Source: the human T2T-CHM13v2.0 reference genome, Homo sapiens. From it: a stretch of 64,000 nt of DNA. The stretch lies in the NCBI RefSeq assembly GCF_009914755.1, contig NC_060929.1; one strand, 5' to 3'. The translations under genes and the position numbers were made by a program. Below the pieces are notes generated by a model. The model worked only from the letters and a program-made list of their open reading frames with translations. It was not told the DNA's origin and did no database searches. Below, piece by piece: positions 1 to 12,115 of the stretch; the stretch's first letter is position 1; every line of letters starts with the position of its first letter.

Positions 1-733
1 GAATGGTTTTATATATACATAAACCTAAAACATATAAGACAAAAATTTATGTTTGGAGCCTGTGTTCTGTAAAGAGAAGGTTGATTTGTCTTTTAGCTAT
101 CGTATTTGGAGTGGAACTATAATACAAATGTATAATATTCTTTTTTTTTTTTTTTTTGAGATGGAGTCTCACTCTGTTGCCCAGGCTGGAGTGCAATGGC
201 ACGATCTCGGCTCACTGAAACCTCTGCCTCCCGGGTTCAAGCAATTCCCTGCCTCAGCCTCATGAATAGCTGGGATTACAGGTGCCCACCACCATGCCTG
301 GCTGGTTTTTGTATTTTTAGTAGAGGCAAGGTTTCACCATCTTGGTCAAGTTGGTCTGGAACTCCTGACCCTGTGATCCACCTGCCTTGGCTTCCCAAAG
401 TGCTGGGATTACAGGCGTGCACCACTGAGTCCAGCCTATATTCTTGTTTATCAGTTCAAAAATGCTCTGCACTGTTTTTGACTCTTTAAAAATAACTTAG
501 ATTCAAATTTATAGTAGAAGAAAAAAAATCTTTCAGATAAGAGGTGTTCTCCAGAATGGAAGAACGACTTGGCATGTAAGAAATAGCGTCAGTGTCCTAA
601 TGCATATTGTGACTGTTTGCATATACTTCTGTTTGTAAAAATATCGGTTTTATTTTCAGAGGATTTGTAAGAAACATTTAAATTTTCATTGAAATAAATG
701 ACAAGTCATACTGTCACTTAAAAAAAAAAAAAA
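1..733 (+). pseudogene. Probable 3' end (3'UTR + poly(A)) of a processed pseudogene/retrocopy; parent gene not identified, 5' part outside the window
   Basis: AATAAA at 693-698 is followed 21 nt later by a genomic A14 tract (720-733) that is not attached to any Alu or L1 body. The upstream sequence is AT-rich, 3'UTR-like and interrupted by an Alu. Confidence 0.6.
141..436 (-). mobile_element. Full-length Alu (AluS, Sg/Sc-like)
   Basis: Poly-T at 141-157, reverse Alu body ending ccagcc at 436, and atattctt repeated on both sides as a TSD. Confidence 0.95.
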
Positions 734-3700
734 GACCTTTGTCAAGGAGAGTGCAGTCAACCAGTAAACTGCAGATTCTCAGAATGTTTATTGACGTACT
801 GATTATTCATTCTGTTATACTCTAACATCTGTATATTTTTACCAGTATTCTCAGACCACTTCTACCAAAACATAAATCTGTGATTGTGATCTCTGAAAGT
901 CAGTCCTTTTATCTACTCAAGTAAGTGCAAATTTTAGAAAATAATTTTCCCTAGAAATATAAGTTGTTCTTTTCTTAATTTATCCACTAACTGTTTAGAA
1001 ATATAATTAGCTTCTAAGATTTGAAAAACGGTAAATTTTAAAAGTCATATCTATTGGTTAAAGTTTAAAATACTTCCAGGAAATAAGCAGAATTGAGTTA
1101 ATGTTAATTTTATCCAACTAATACTTGAAAAGGATCATTGATTTATATTACTGCCAGCTTAAACCATTTTAATTAATGTACTACTAATCATAACAGTGTT
1201 AGTTACAATTTTGTCTTCAAGTACAATAAAGACACATAGATTTGAACTCTTTTGATTATTTTTGGCCTCTTGGTCAATGCCTCATAGTCAAAATTTTAAT
1301 TAAGATTTTGCACTAAAAGTAAAAAGAAAATTGGGATAAAAATGTGCAGTGTGTTTTATTCATTATGTGGAGGCATCTTTCCTATATCCAAGTTTAACTA
1401 ATACTGGTCCTCTACCTGCTTAGATTAACTGGTAAGAATTTTATAAGCATTTCTTACTATCTGTTATAAACCAAAAATGGCAATCTTTCCACATTTTGAC
1501 GTAATAATTTTGAGCTTATTACAAATTAAAATAAAAAATTAAAAACAAATATTACCTTATAAAAATTCAAACGGTATGTATTGAATATTAATTTAAATTA
1601 CTGTTATTAATATTACATGAAATACGCATGTTGTAAAATTTTAAATTACTATCTGGTTAAATAAACTATACATATTCTGTAGAGTCAAATCAGATTTTGG
1701 CAATGTTGTAGAATTTAACTGAATGCCCAGATGGAGGAACTTGATTATATTATATAAAGGGGACTACAATCCTAGAGTTGGACTCAAGCACAAGCATTTC
1801 TCATTATTTTGCAGAAGAAGACACTAAGGTTTTCAGAAATTAAATTGCTTTTTGGAAAAGGTGGGAGATTCTGGGAACATAGAAACTTGAATCCAGTTTT
1901 CTTCAACTCCACGTCAAGACAGTTGCATTGTGTGAGAAAATAGCTACGGCCATTTGTGGTAAAATCACATATATGCAATTATGTGAAACTAATTGTGTAT
2001 ATGTATCTGTGTATGTGTGCGTGTACAATATATAAACTATCAATATTTATCAAAGTCCGTATAGCTGCTAGCAATGAGGGGGATCTAGGATTCTATCACA
2101 TGATACCTTTTTATGAGGCCTTTGTTCTTTCCAGTACATTTGTCAGCTCGTTCATGAAAGAGATTCTTAATTATTTACTGAAATATCACAAAAGTGATGG
2201 TGAGCTAGGTTGCCACATTGATCCTGATAGGTCCTTGACAAATTCATATTGACTCTCCACAAATAAAACTATAAGGCAGTTTTTCCCATTGTGATGCTTT
2301 TGTCTACAATCTTAATTGTTAACTCTTCCAAAGAATAAACACACAATATATCAATTTTTTAACCCATTTAGGTAGAAATATGGGTATATAGAAAGGAAGA
2401 AAGCAAGGTTAACGGTGAGCAGTGGCTAAATGAACAAGAGAACATTCAGTTAAGTATCTCATCTCCAAAATGGTATAAACTGTGGCAGAAAGTACTTTGT
2501 TGAATCAATAGTTTCGAGACAGACATACAGTAGGGACATCGAAGGTACAAAATAGAGCACTGATGAAGGAGTGAATTATCATCTTCACAGATGAGTAGAG
2601 AAAGAGAAGGTCTAAATATTGAGATGAGAATATAGAAATTTCTGATGCACAACACAGCTCAGAAATTCAATCTGAATATATTCCAATTCAGTGCCTTGCA
2701 ATAGATCCATAATGATCGCCTATCTTTCCAGCATACAAAGCAATGCATATCATTTAAACATTTTTCTAGCATGAAAATGTGCCTGGGTTATGCAATACAC
2801 ACTTTACCAAAATATGATTTTGGTGGCTGTAAGCACTTAATTGTAATGACCTGTAAAATGAGCAACATTTTTAACTCCGAAATTCTAATCAATATTAGTT
2901 AATGAGGTGTGTGACAACTTATAATGCTTTTAAATACTCTTAGTGGCCATCATAATACAAATTTTCCCACTTACAGCATATTTAATTTTAATCCTTGCAA
3001 TAATATAAATGAAATACATCTAAAACACTTTATAGTAAGCACTCAAGTAAAAGTCCCCATAACATGGCCTTAAAAAAGGTTAATCTTTTAACAATGGGGT
3101 CATGAAAACATTTTTGTTATAGATATTTTTATGTTCCTCCTTGTATCAATCAGGATTAAATTTTCAAATATTCATACCATTTAACAACAGACTGAATAAA
3201 TAACAAAGTTGTTAACACAAAATGAATAAATGTTTTGTATACATTAAAAATAGAAGATAGAAAAAATAACTTGGTAATGTGTTTAAAATATTTTATGGCC
3301 TCTACCCCATTATGTTATTCCATTTTCTCATAACTGTAGACCTTTAGCTACCAAACAGAGGGAAGGGGCATTGTACACTAGTTACCTAGAAAACAAATCA
3401 TTTATAGGTCTTATTTTTGGAAAAGGAGATATCTTTTAATTCAACTAAAATGTAAAACATTGGAAGTGTCCCCCTATCAAGGCTTAGTTTTACTATTGCT
3501 TAATATAGATGAAGAAAAAATAAATCATATACTAAACTCGGGAAGCTTGGGTTTTCTCTTAAAGTAAGCCATGCTGTGATTGTTCCATCTAAACAGTTAT
3601 ATCAACTTTACTTTGTATCATATGAAAACAACAGCCTGCTGAATGACTATGTATTGTCTATTTCCACCTGCTAAACAAGATAAGACCACATGAAATAGGA

Positions 3701-4297
3701 TCAGCTTAGCCATTACCTTCAGGAAGCTTCAGACATATTGTTTATTGCAAATGGACATATATTATAAATGTATATACAGACACATCTTTGTGATATTACT
3801 TCCTGAAGTATGTTCTTATGGAAATTTAACTTTGTTCATCCAGTCAGATTTCCAGAAATGTATCTACTGTGACAATTAATATCTTATTCTCCAACTCTTT
3901 GTTTTTCTCATTCTGTACTTACTTTGCTTTCATCAAAGACATTTTAGCAAAATTAATTTCCAGGACCATTTTCTTAGTGAACTAATGCCATTTGATCACC
4001 AATGGCCATTTTCGTTTTTATCTCGAGGATCACATTGGGCATTTGTCTCTGACTTTTCAGTCAGTTTATAATGCATTCTTGTTCCCTTTGGAGGATGTTT
4101 GTTCTTTTTTTCTCTGCCCGCTCCCAACATTAAAATCCAAGGTAAACTCTTAATTAAGTGGAGTTGACAGAAGTCACATTTTCTCTATAAAGAACAATTG
4201 GAATCCACTGGATTTGCCCTATCAAGAAAAAAGAAAATCATATCTCCAAGAGTAGGTATTGGTAATTAATTAATCCCTAATCTTTTTGAAAAGTATC

Positions 4298-4670
4298 TGT
4301 ATTAGTCCATTTTCATGCTGCTGATTAAGTCATACCTGAGACTGGGTAATTTATCTTAAAAAAAAAAAAAAAAAAGAGGTTTAATGGACTCATAGTTCCA
4401 TGTGGTTGGGGAGGCCTCACAATCATGGCAGAAGGCAAAAGGCACATCTTACATGGTGGCAGGCAAAGGCAATGAGAGTCAAGAGAAAGGGGAAATCTCT
4501 TATAAAATCATCAGATCTCCTGAGACTTATTCACTACCACAAGAACAGTATGGGGAAAACTGTCCCCCATAATTCAATTATCTCCCACCAGTTCCCTCCC
4601 ACAAGATGTGGAATTATGGGAGCTACAATTCGAGATAAGATTTGGGTGGGGACACAGCCAAGCTGTATCA
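4298..4670 (-). mobile_element. THE1 (THE1B/C-like) MaLR solo LTR
   Basis: tgtattagtccattttcatgctgctg...gatttgggtggggacacagcca...tatca matches reverse THE1. Flanks gtatc/ttatc are a near-perfect 5-bp TSD. Confidence 0.9.
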
Positions 4671-5019
4671 TTATCAGATATTGTATTCATCTGGTAGTGG
4701 TCAGTAAATCTGTGCACAATCTCAGAGTTGGCTGATTTTTGCTTTTCCATCCTTGCTATCTCACACCAGTGGTTTCCATCCTAAAGTACACAAACCATGT
4801 TATTTTTCTGCTCTTTGATTTCCTAAGCAGTATACCAGCTACTTTAGGACTGTGTTCCTGTACAGTGCCCCTTTTCTTCACGACCACCTACAAATCTATT
4901 AAGTACTTAAAGACTTTTTTCCTGTGATGGGGATTTTGATGCTTGTTTGTTCTTTCTATGCCAATTTCATACACTTCTGAGTCTCATCCATATGTCCCAA
5001 CTGCTCCCTCTAAAACTAA

Positions 5020-5240
5020 AAGCTACTATTTATTAAGTATTTGTTGCATTTCCAAAATCACTCTAAGTACTTTGTCTACATTGTCTCATGTAATCTTCAC
5101 AGTTTTCTGAGTTGTGCATTATATGTTGCTACTGTCCACATTCCTTCACTAAAGTTATGGATTTTAGTTTATTTTAATTAAATGGCCAATGAAGATTTTG
5201 AGAAGTAACTAGTATCACATAGCAGAGGTGGGAATGCATT
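5020..5240 (-). mobile_element. Degraded MIR SINE
   Basis: ctctaagtactttg...ttgtctcatgtaatcttcacag and agtaactagtatcacatagcagagg resemble reverse MIR. Confidence 0.4.
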
Positions 5241-5250
5241 TGAAGAGATC

Positions 5251-6067
<817 letters not shown>

Positions 6068-6486
6068 ATGTGTAATTCCAAATTGCATGCTCAATTTTAC
6101 AGTATACAGCACTAAACTACATCCTACTGCTTTACTGGGTGACTCTCTTTTAAAGGCCTGCCATGGTCTTTACCGTAATTCTTCAATTTATTTTGCTTGA
6201 GTTGTCCTATATGTTTTTCTAGACCCAATCTCAAGCCATCCTTAGCAAGAATCTTAAGAAAATCTCCCAAATTGTATAAGTACTCAGTCAATGCAGAATA
6301 AGCAATGCTTTCCCTGATTAGTTCTATTCTGTTTCTTCTGCTTCTGAACCTCTAGAAAGATCTCACCTGAGTTTCAGTAGAGTCTCTATACATCCTACAT
6401 GAATGATCTAATCTCCAACCTCAACAGACTTCAAGTCAGTAATAAGTAAACAGAAAAACTTTGACTCATGTTTAAAATATTTCACT

Positions 6487-6780
6487 TGCCTTGGCCTCCC
6501 AAAGTGTTGGGATTACAGGCGTGAGCCACCACGTCCGGGTGGATCACAAGGTCAGGAGTTCAAGACCAGCCTGGCCAAGATGGTGAAACCCTGTCTCCAC
6601 TAAAAATACAAAAATTAGCCAGGCATGGTGGCAGGTGCCTGTAATCCCAGATTCTCGGGAGGCTGAGGCAGAGAATTACTTGAACCTGGAAGGCAGAGGT
6701 TGCAATGAGCCAAGATCATATGACTGCACTCCAGCCTGGGTGACAGAGCAAGTTTCAAAAAATAATAATAAATAATAAAA
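6487..6780 (+). mobile_element. Alu (AluS) with an inverted 5' segment
   Basis: 6487-6538 is the reverse complement of Alu consensus ~3-54, and 6538-6780 is forward Alu from ~55 to the tail. Perfect 14-bp TSD taaaatatttcact at 6473-6486 and 6781-6794. Confidence 0.92.
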
Positions 6781-7224
6781 TAAAATATTTCACTCATAAA
6801 TTAATTGATTCAATAAATGTTTCATTCAAGTACGTACACATTAGTACATGGTTTCAATGATCCTTGATTTAAAACCTTGGAAATAGCTTTAATTCTATAT
6901 TACATTTACATCGACATCCACTCAGGTATGAATATTCTGTAGAAAAGTTTTGGTTTTTCCCTTTCCATTCTTTTGTGAAATGTTTGTCTTCCTTGTCTGC
7001 TAACACTTTTTAATATGACAATTATCATTAATTATTCACAAAGTGAGTTAATATTTGCTACATATTTAATGTCTAATTTGTTTCACTATTTTAAACGTAC
7101 TGTACCTGGCTTCTGAAAAGAATGCAAAGCCCTCAGAGTCAAGTGCATAATATAATATCCTTATGGTTTTGCAGCCTACTATTCGTTCGGTACTCAATAA
7201 CTAGCAATGAACAGCAAATGTAAT

Positions 7225-7292
7225 TATATATGTGTATATATATAGAGAGAACATTTATGTATATATAGAACATATATATGTATATATATAGA

Positions 7293-7324
<32 letters not shown>

Positions 7325-7325
7325 G
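7225..7325. repeat. Compound (TA)n/(CA)n microsatellite
   Basis: Directly visible alternating TA/CA tracts with repeated gaaca units. Confidence 0.9.
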
Positions 7326-7839
7326 AAACATAAGAATTTATGTATAGCTAAGCTGAACATTTGGCTATCAGATAAAACTGTAGCTTTACAAATACTTAAG
7401 AACAGAAAAACTGAGATTGCTCCTAGATCTGGGGTGGCCAAAAGAAATGGAATCAGATGTTTTTGTTAATAGGTAATGCCCCAAATCTTATCAGTCATAA
7501 GCACTGGGCCAGACAGACCTGTGCTTAGATATTCTAATATGGTATACCTTTACTAGTACCTTGGTTAGAAAAAAAGATATCCCCTCTAGGTGGACAAATC
7601 AGAAAAACAGACCAGCTGTTAACAGGTCAAGCTTAAGAGCACATGGCTTGGTGATGGTGGCAGAGAAGGAATTTTAGACTCTCCGGCTCCCTCCACAAGG
7701 CACTATTGTGCAGCACACACATTGCACAACCTCACGGAGTAGTCTTGGCCTTAGCTGAGGGGATGAAAAGAACTGTTTAGTTAAGAAGTGAGATTTAGCA
7801 GCTTACATAAATCCTTAAGGTGTTTTACGCACTTTTTGT

Positions 7840-8010
7840 ACATCAGTGCCTTACATTAATTAATCCATTTAATTCTACCTGCCATGAGTCTACCACACCC
7901 ATTTTACTCATGTGGAAACCAAGGCACAGGGAGGTTAAATGGCTTGTCCAAGGTCACACAGCCTTTGAGTGGTAGATTCCGGATTCAAATACATGCAGCC
8001 TGATACTGAA
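7840..8010 (-). mobile_element. MIR SINE
   Basis: cccattttac...ggaaaccaaggcacagggaggttaaatggcttgtccaaggtcacacagc is the reverse MIR core. Confidence 0.85.
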
Positions 8011-8700
8011 ACTTTGTTCGTGAACACTTTACTGCCTTTAAACAGATGAAATTAGAATAAATGGAAATTCCTGGGACTAACTATTAAAAAAGTGTAATAA
8101 GCTGTAAGAAGGAGGCATTATTAAGTAAAGGAACTCACTTTGGGAAATACCAGCTTAGAACTTAATAGGCTTATGATGGTATTTATAAACAATCAAAGGA
8201 TCAAGTTGATAAGCCATTCTGTGACTTGTTGATAAATATCTTATCAGTTTTTGTACCCGGCTGAAATCCTTCCTCAAGAGATTAAATCACCAAAGGGGTT
8301 AACTCTTTGTTTTGTGTGCAATTTTTCCACTGCCAATAATTTTGTTCTCTGAGCAGTGAAACAAGTAATTCCCAAATTAAGAGCATGTTAGGACTATAGG
8401 TCCTCATTTTCCTAACTGCAAAGAAAATTATTTTAAAAGTAATTTTCCCCTCAGAAGCAATTCCAAGACTGAAGATTAAATATACAGAGAAGCAATGATT
8501 CAGGCTTTTAAAAAAATCGCTTTTTAAAGGAGTATAAGTGAAAACAGTTAAGTAAATATATTTAATTACCAAGATTTTATTGTATCTTTTACTCACATAA
8601 AAAGACTAAAATAAAACGTTTCTGGTTTTCACAGTAACTGATCTGATAATGTCAACTTTTGAAAACAGATAGTTATGACTCAAGGCTTTGAGAATGTAAA

Positions 8701-9060
8701 GAGACGCCCTTCACATGTTGAGAAATGGCACGATTTCACGTTATCAGTGCAGTTCGGTTCTCAGGGGGAAAGGTAAGCCCATAGCTAACTCCAGCTCCAA
8801 GCTGCTATTTCATGATAACAGCTCACGGAGCTGTGGGCCTGCTAAGCCTTTCCCACCTCGTTCTGGAATTCCTCTATAGCCCATCCGTACTACCAGGAGA
8901 CTGGATCCGCAAAGTAGACACTTGGTCTCATGAAGCCACTGCTGGGCTCCAGAGAGAAGGAAAAACTAAGCGGTTTTAAAACCCCCGCCCTCCTTGGTTT
9001 ACCTCCATCATTAAAAAACAACAATGACAACGACAACAAAAAACAAAACTAAAACGACTT
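8701..9060. promoter_or_regulatory. Candidate promoter/enhancer in unique sequence
   Basis: 12 CpGs counted in 360 bp of apparently non-repeat DNA. A GC box (ccccgccc, 8983-8990) lies next to TTTTAAAA (8974-8981). Confidence 0.3.
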
Positions 9061-9272
9061 ATTGTTTATTAATTATGTTGTGGCAGACAATATGCTGAAC
9101 ATTAGGCATAATTAAATTCTTTTTAAAAATTGATAATTTATCTCTGTTTTATAGAAGTGTGAAACTGTCAGGAAGACAGATGAAATGATTTGCCTGAGGC
9201 CGTATCATCAAACAAGAAATTCATATTCACCTTTCTGGAATTCTTAGGATAATGATTACATGTGTTCAATTG

Positions 9273-10029
9273 TTAAAAATTGGCAGATAAAATTTTATGT
9301 ATTTACCACGTACAACATGAAATTTTGAAACATGTATACATTCTGGAATGACTAAATCCAGCTAATTAACATAGGTATTGTCTCACATATTTACTTTTGT
9401 GGTGAGAACAGTTAATATCCACTCTCAACATTTTCCAAGAATACAATATATTACTAACTATAGTCACCATGTTGTAAAACGGATCTCTTCAAGTATTCCT
9501 CCTATATAATTGAAATTTTGTATCCTTGGACCAACGTCTCCTCACCCTACTCACTCCTCAAATATCCCTACCCTTGGAAACCACTGTTCTCCTCTCTCTA
9601 CTTCTAGGATATCAGCTTTCAAGAGTGAGATCTTGTGGCATTTGTCTCTCTGTTCCTAGCTTATTTCACTTAACATAACGTCCTCTAGGTTCATCCATGT
9701 GCAACCCCCTAGGTTCATGTCCTTTTTTAAGGTTTAATAGTTTTCTGTTGTGTACATATGCCACAATTTATTTACCCATCCACTTCTTGATGGATGCTTC
9801 AATTGTTTCTGTACTTGAGCTATTGAGGACGATGCTCCAGTGAACATTGGAGCACCGATATTTTTACAGGGTGGTGATTTATTTTTCTCTGGATATATAT
9901 ACCCAGAAGAGAAAGTGCTGGGTCATACGATAGTTCTTTTCTTTTCGTTTTTTTCTTTTCTTTTCTTTTTTTTTTTTTCAGAAACCTCCATACTGTTTTC
10001 CACAGTGGCTGCACCAATCTATATTCCCA
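9273..10029 (-). mobile_element. L1 3' fragment (L1MA-type): 3'UTR and end of ORF2
   Basis: ctatagtcaccatgttg and cttatttcacttaacataa motifs. ORF 9820-10017(-) reads VQPLWKTVWRFLKK...YDPA.SLLGIY, the L1 ORF2p C-terminus. Confidence 0.9.
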
Positions 10030-10349
10030 AATTAAACTTCAATGTGCAGATGAATTACCTAAAATTCTTTATAAATTGCAAATGCTGGTTTAGAAGGTGT
10101 GCTGATTTTGATGCATTTTTAAGACCCCCCTCCCATCCCGTGTGATGTTCCTACTCCACTCACTGATTTCCCATGTATTATCTAGGGTCTTAACCACATT
10201 GCTTGTTTTTCTATTAGAGTTTGGAACTGGGTCACCCATGCTCTGAGGCTCTATGAAACCCTGAAGGGAGAGGTAAACATATAAGCTCTGCAATCCAACT
10301 GCTTGGTTTTGTATTTTGGATTTGAAACTTAGTAACCATTTTCACCCAG

Positions 10350-10500
10350 AGGAAATTCCTTAAGCTCTGTAAGCCTCAGTTTCTTTATCTGTAAAGTGGG
10401 AGTTACAGTAGTATTATCTCTCACTGTATTTTTAAAGACCAAATGAGAAACTTGATGTAAATAGGAACCTAATGCCTGGTACATAGTGAAAGTTCAATAT
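10350..10500 (+). mobile_element. MIR SINE
   Basis: gcctcagtttctttatctgtaaagtggg...tgcctggtacatagt...tcaata. Confidence 0.75.
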
Positions 10501-10528
10501 ATACATTCATGAGTATTTTTAAGTAAAA

Positions 10529-10612
10529 CATGTTCATTGCAACATTATTCACAGGGGCCAAGATATGAAATCAACCTAAATGTCTGCCAACAGATGACTG
10601 GATAAAGAAAAG
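10529..10612 (+). mobile_element. Short L1 fragment (end of ORF2)
   Basis: catgttcattgcaacattattcac...caagatatgaaatcaacctaaatgtc...gatgactggataaagaaaa. Confidence 0.85.
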
Positions 10613-10614
10613 AT

Positions 10615-10765
10615 TATATATATATACATATATGTGTGTGTGTGTATATATATATATATACACACACACACACCCACACACAAACATATATATGTATATA
10701 TCTGTGTATATGTGTATATATACACACATACATGCACAGATATATATGTATATATGTATATATGT
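10615..10765. repeat. Compound (TA)/(TG)/(CA) microsatellite
   Basis: Directly visible alternating purine-pyrimidine tract. Confidence 0.95.
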
Positions 10766-10794
10766 ATTACAGGCGTGAGCCATCTCGTCTGGCC
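10766..10794 (-). mobile_element. 29-nt Alu 5'-terminal remnant
   Basis: attacaggcgtgagccatctcgtctggcc is the reverse complement of Alu positions ~1-29. Confidence 0.8.
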
Positions 10795-10832
10795 AATTAT
10801 CATTATTATTTTAGAAATTTATCAGTGATGCT

Positions 10833-11154
10833 TTTCTGTTCAGCTTTAATGAGGTGTAATGACAAAAAAATTGAATATATTTATGTATGCTGTACACTGT
10901 GATGTTTTGATATATGTATATATTATGAAATGATTACCACAATCAAGCTAGTTAACATATACATCACCTCTCGTAATTATCTCTTTGTGTAGTGAGAACA
11001 TTTAAGACCTACTCTCTAAGCTGATTTCAATTATACAATATAGTATTACTAACTATAGTCACCATGCTCTACGTTAGGTCCCCAGAAATTACTTTTTCTG
11101 CATAATTGAAAATTTCTATCCCTTGACCAACATCTCTCCATTTCCCCAACCCCA
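10833..11154 (-). mobile_element. L1 3'UTR fragment (L1MA/L1MB-type)
   Basis: cagctttaatgaggtgtaatgaca...ctatagtcaccatgct...ttgaccaacatctctccatttcccc. Confidence 0.85.
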
Positions 11155-11158
11155 GTTT

Positions 11159-11282
11159 ACACACACACACACACATACATATACATATATAGTGTATATA
11201 TACACATATACATATATACATATGTGTATATATATATGTGTACATATATATGTGTATATATACACTATATATGTATATGTGT
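11159..11282. repeat. Compound (CA)/(TA)/(TG) microsatellite
   Basis: Directly visible alternating purine-pyrimidine tract. Confidence 0.95.
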
Positions 11283-11476
<194 letters not shown>

Positions 11477-11531
11477 TTAGAAATTTCAAAATACAATACC
11501 TTCCACTGAACTTCCTTAATCCACATAGCAC

Positions 11532-12115
11532 TGTATTTTTCTGTCTATTGCATTGCCACAAATTTAGCCACTTAACACAGATTTATTATTGCACAATTTC
11601 TGTTGGTCGGGAGCCTGCCACATTTTGGCCAAGTCCTCTTCTCAGGGTCTCATAAGGCTGTCAGGGTGCTGGCCAACTGCATCGTCATCTGGAGGCCTGA
11701 CTACAAAAAGATCGGCTCAAAGGCCCCTCAGAGTGTTGGCAGCATTTGTTTCCTTGTGGTTGTAAGATTGAGGTCCCTCTTGCCTCACTATCTGTCAGCT
11801 GGGAGTGACCTCACCTCCTCCAGGCTGCTATCAGGTTATGCCACAGGCCCCTTCCGTTTCTGTAATAAAGAACTGCCCTCATATTGAATCCATATCACAC
11901 CTCAGATTTATCTGATTTCCCTTCTGCTTTCAACTAGACAAACTCTCTGCTTATAGAAAGGCTCATGTGATTAAATTGTGCTCTATTTTAAGGTCAAGTG
12001 TGCTATGTAACATGACCAAATAATGAGAGTAAAATCTATTATAGTGACATGCCCTGGAATTATGTAGAAGCGAAACTATTGCTGGAGGGGTAATCTTTGG
12101 GGCCAACTTAGACTA
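11532..12115 (-). mobile_element. MLT1 (E/F-like) MaLR LTR
   Basis: ccacaaatttagc..., tcctcttctcagggtctcataaggctg, tcatctggaggcctgact, gttggcagcatttgtttccttgtggttgtaagattgaggtccc and aagggctcatgtgatta. Confidence 0.75.

Noticed and set aside
1-733. Naming the retrocopy's parent gene or the chromosomal locus
   Set aside because: I could not identify either reliably from the sequence alone; a BLAST/BLAT search is needed.
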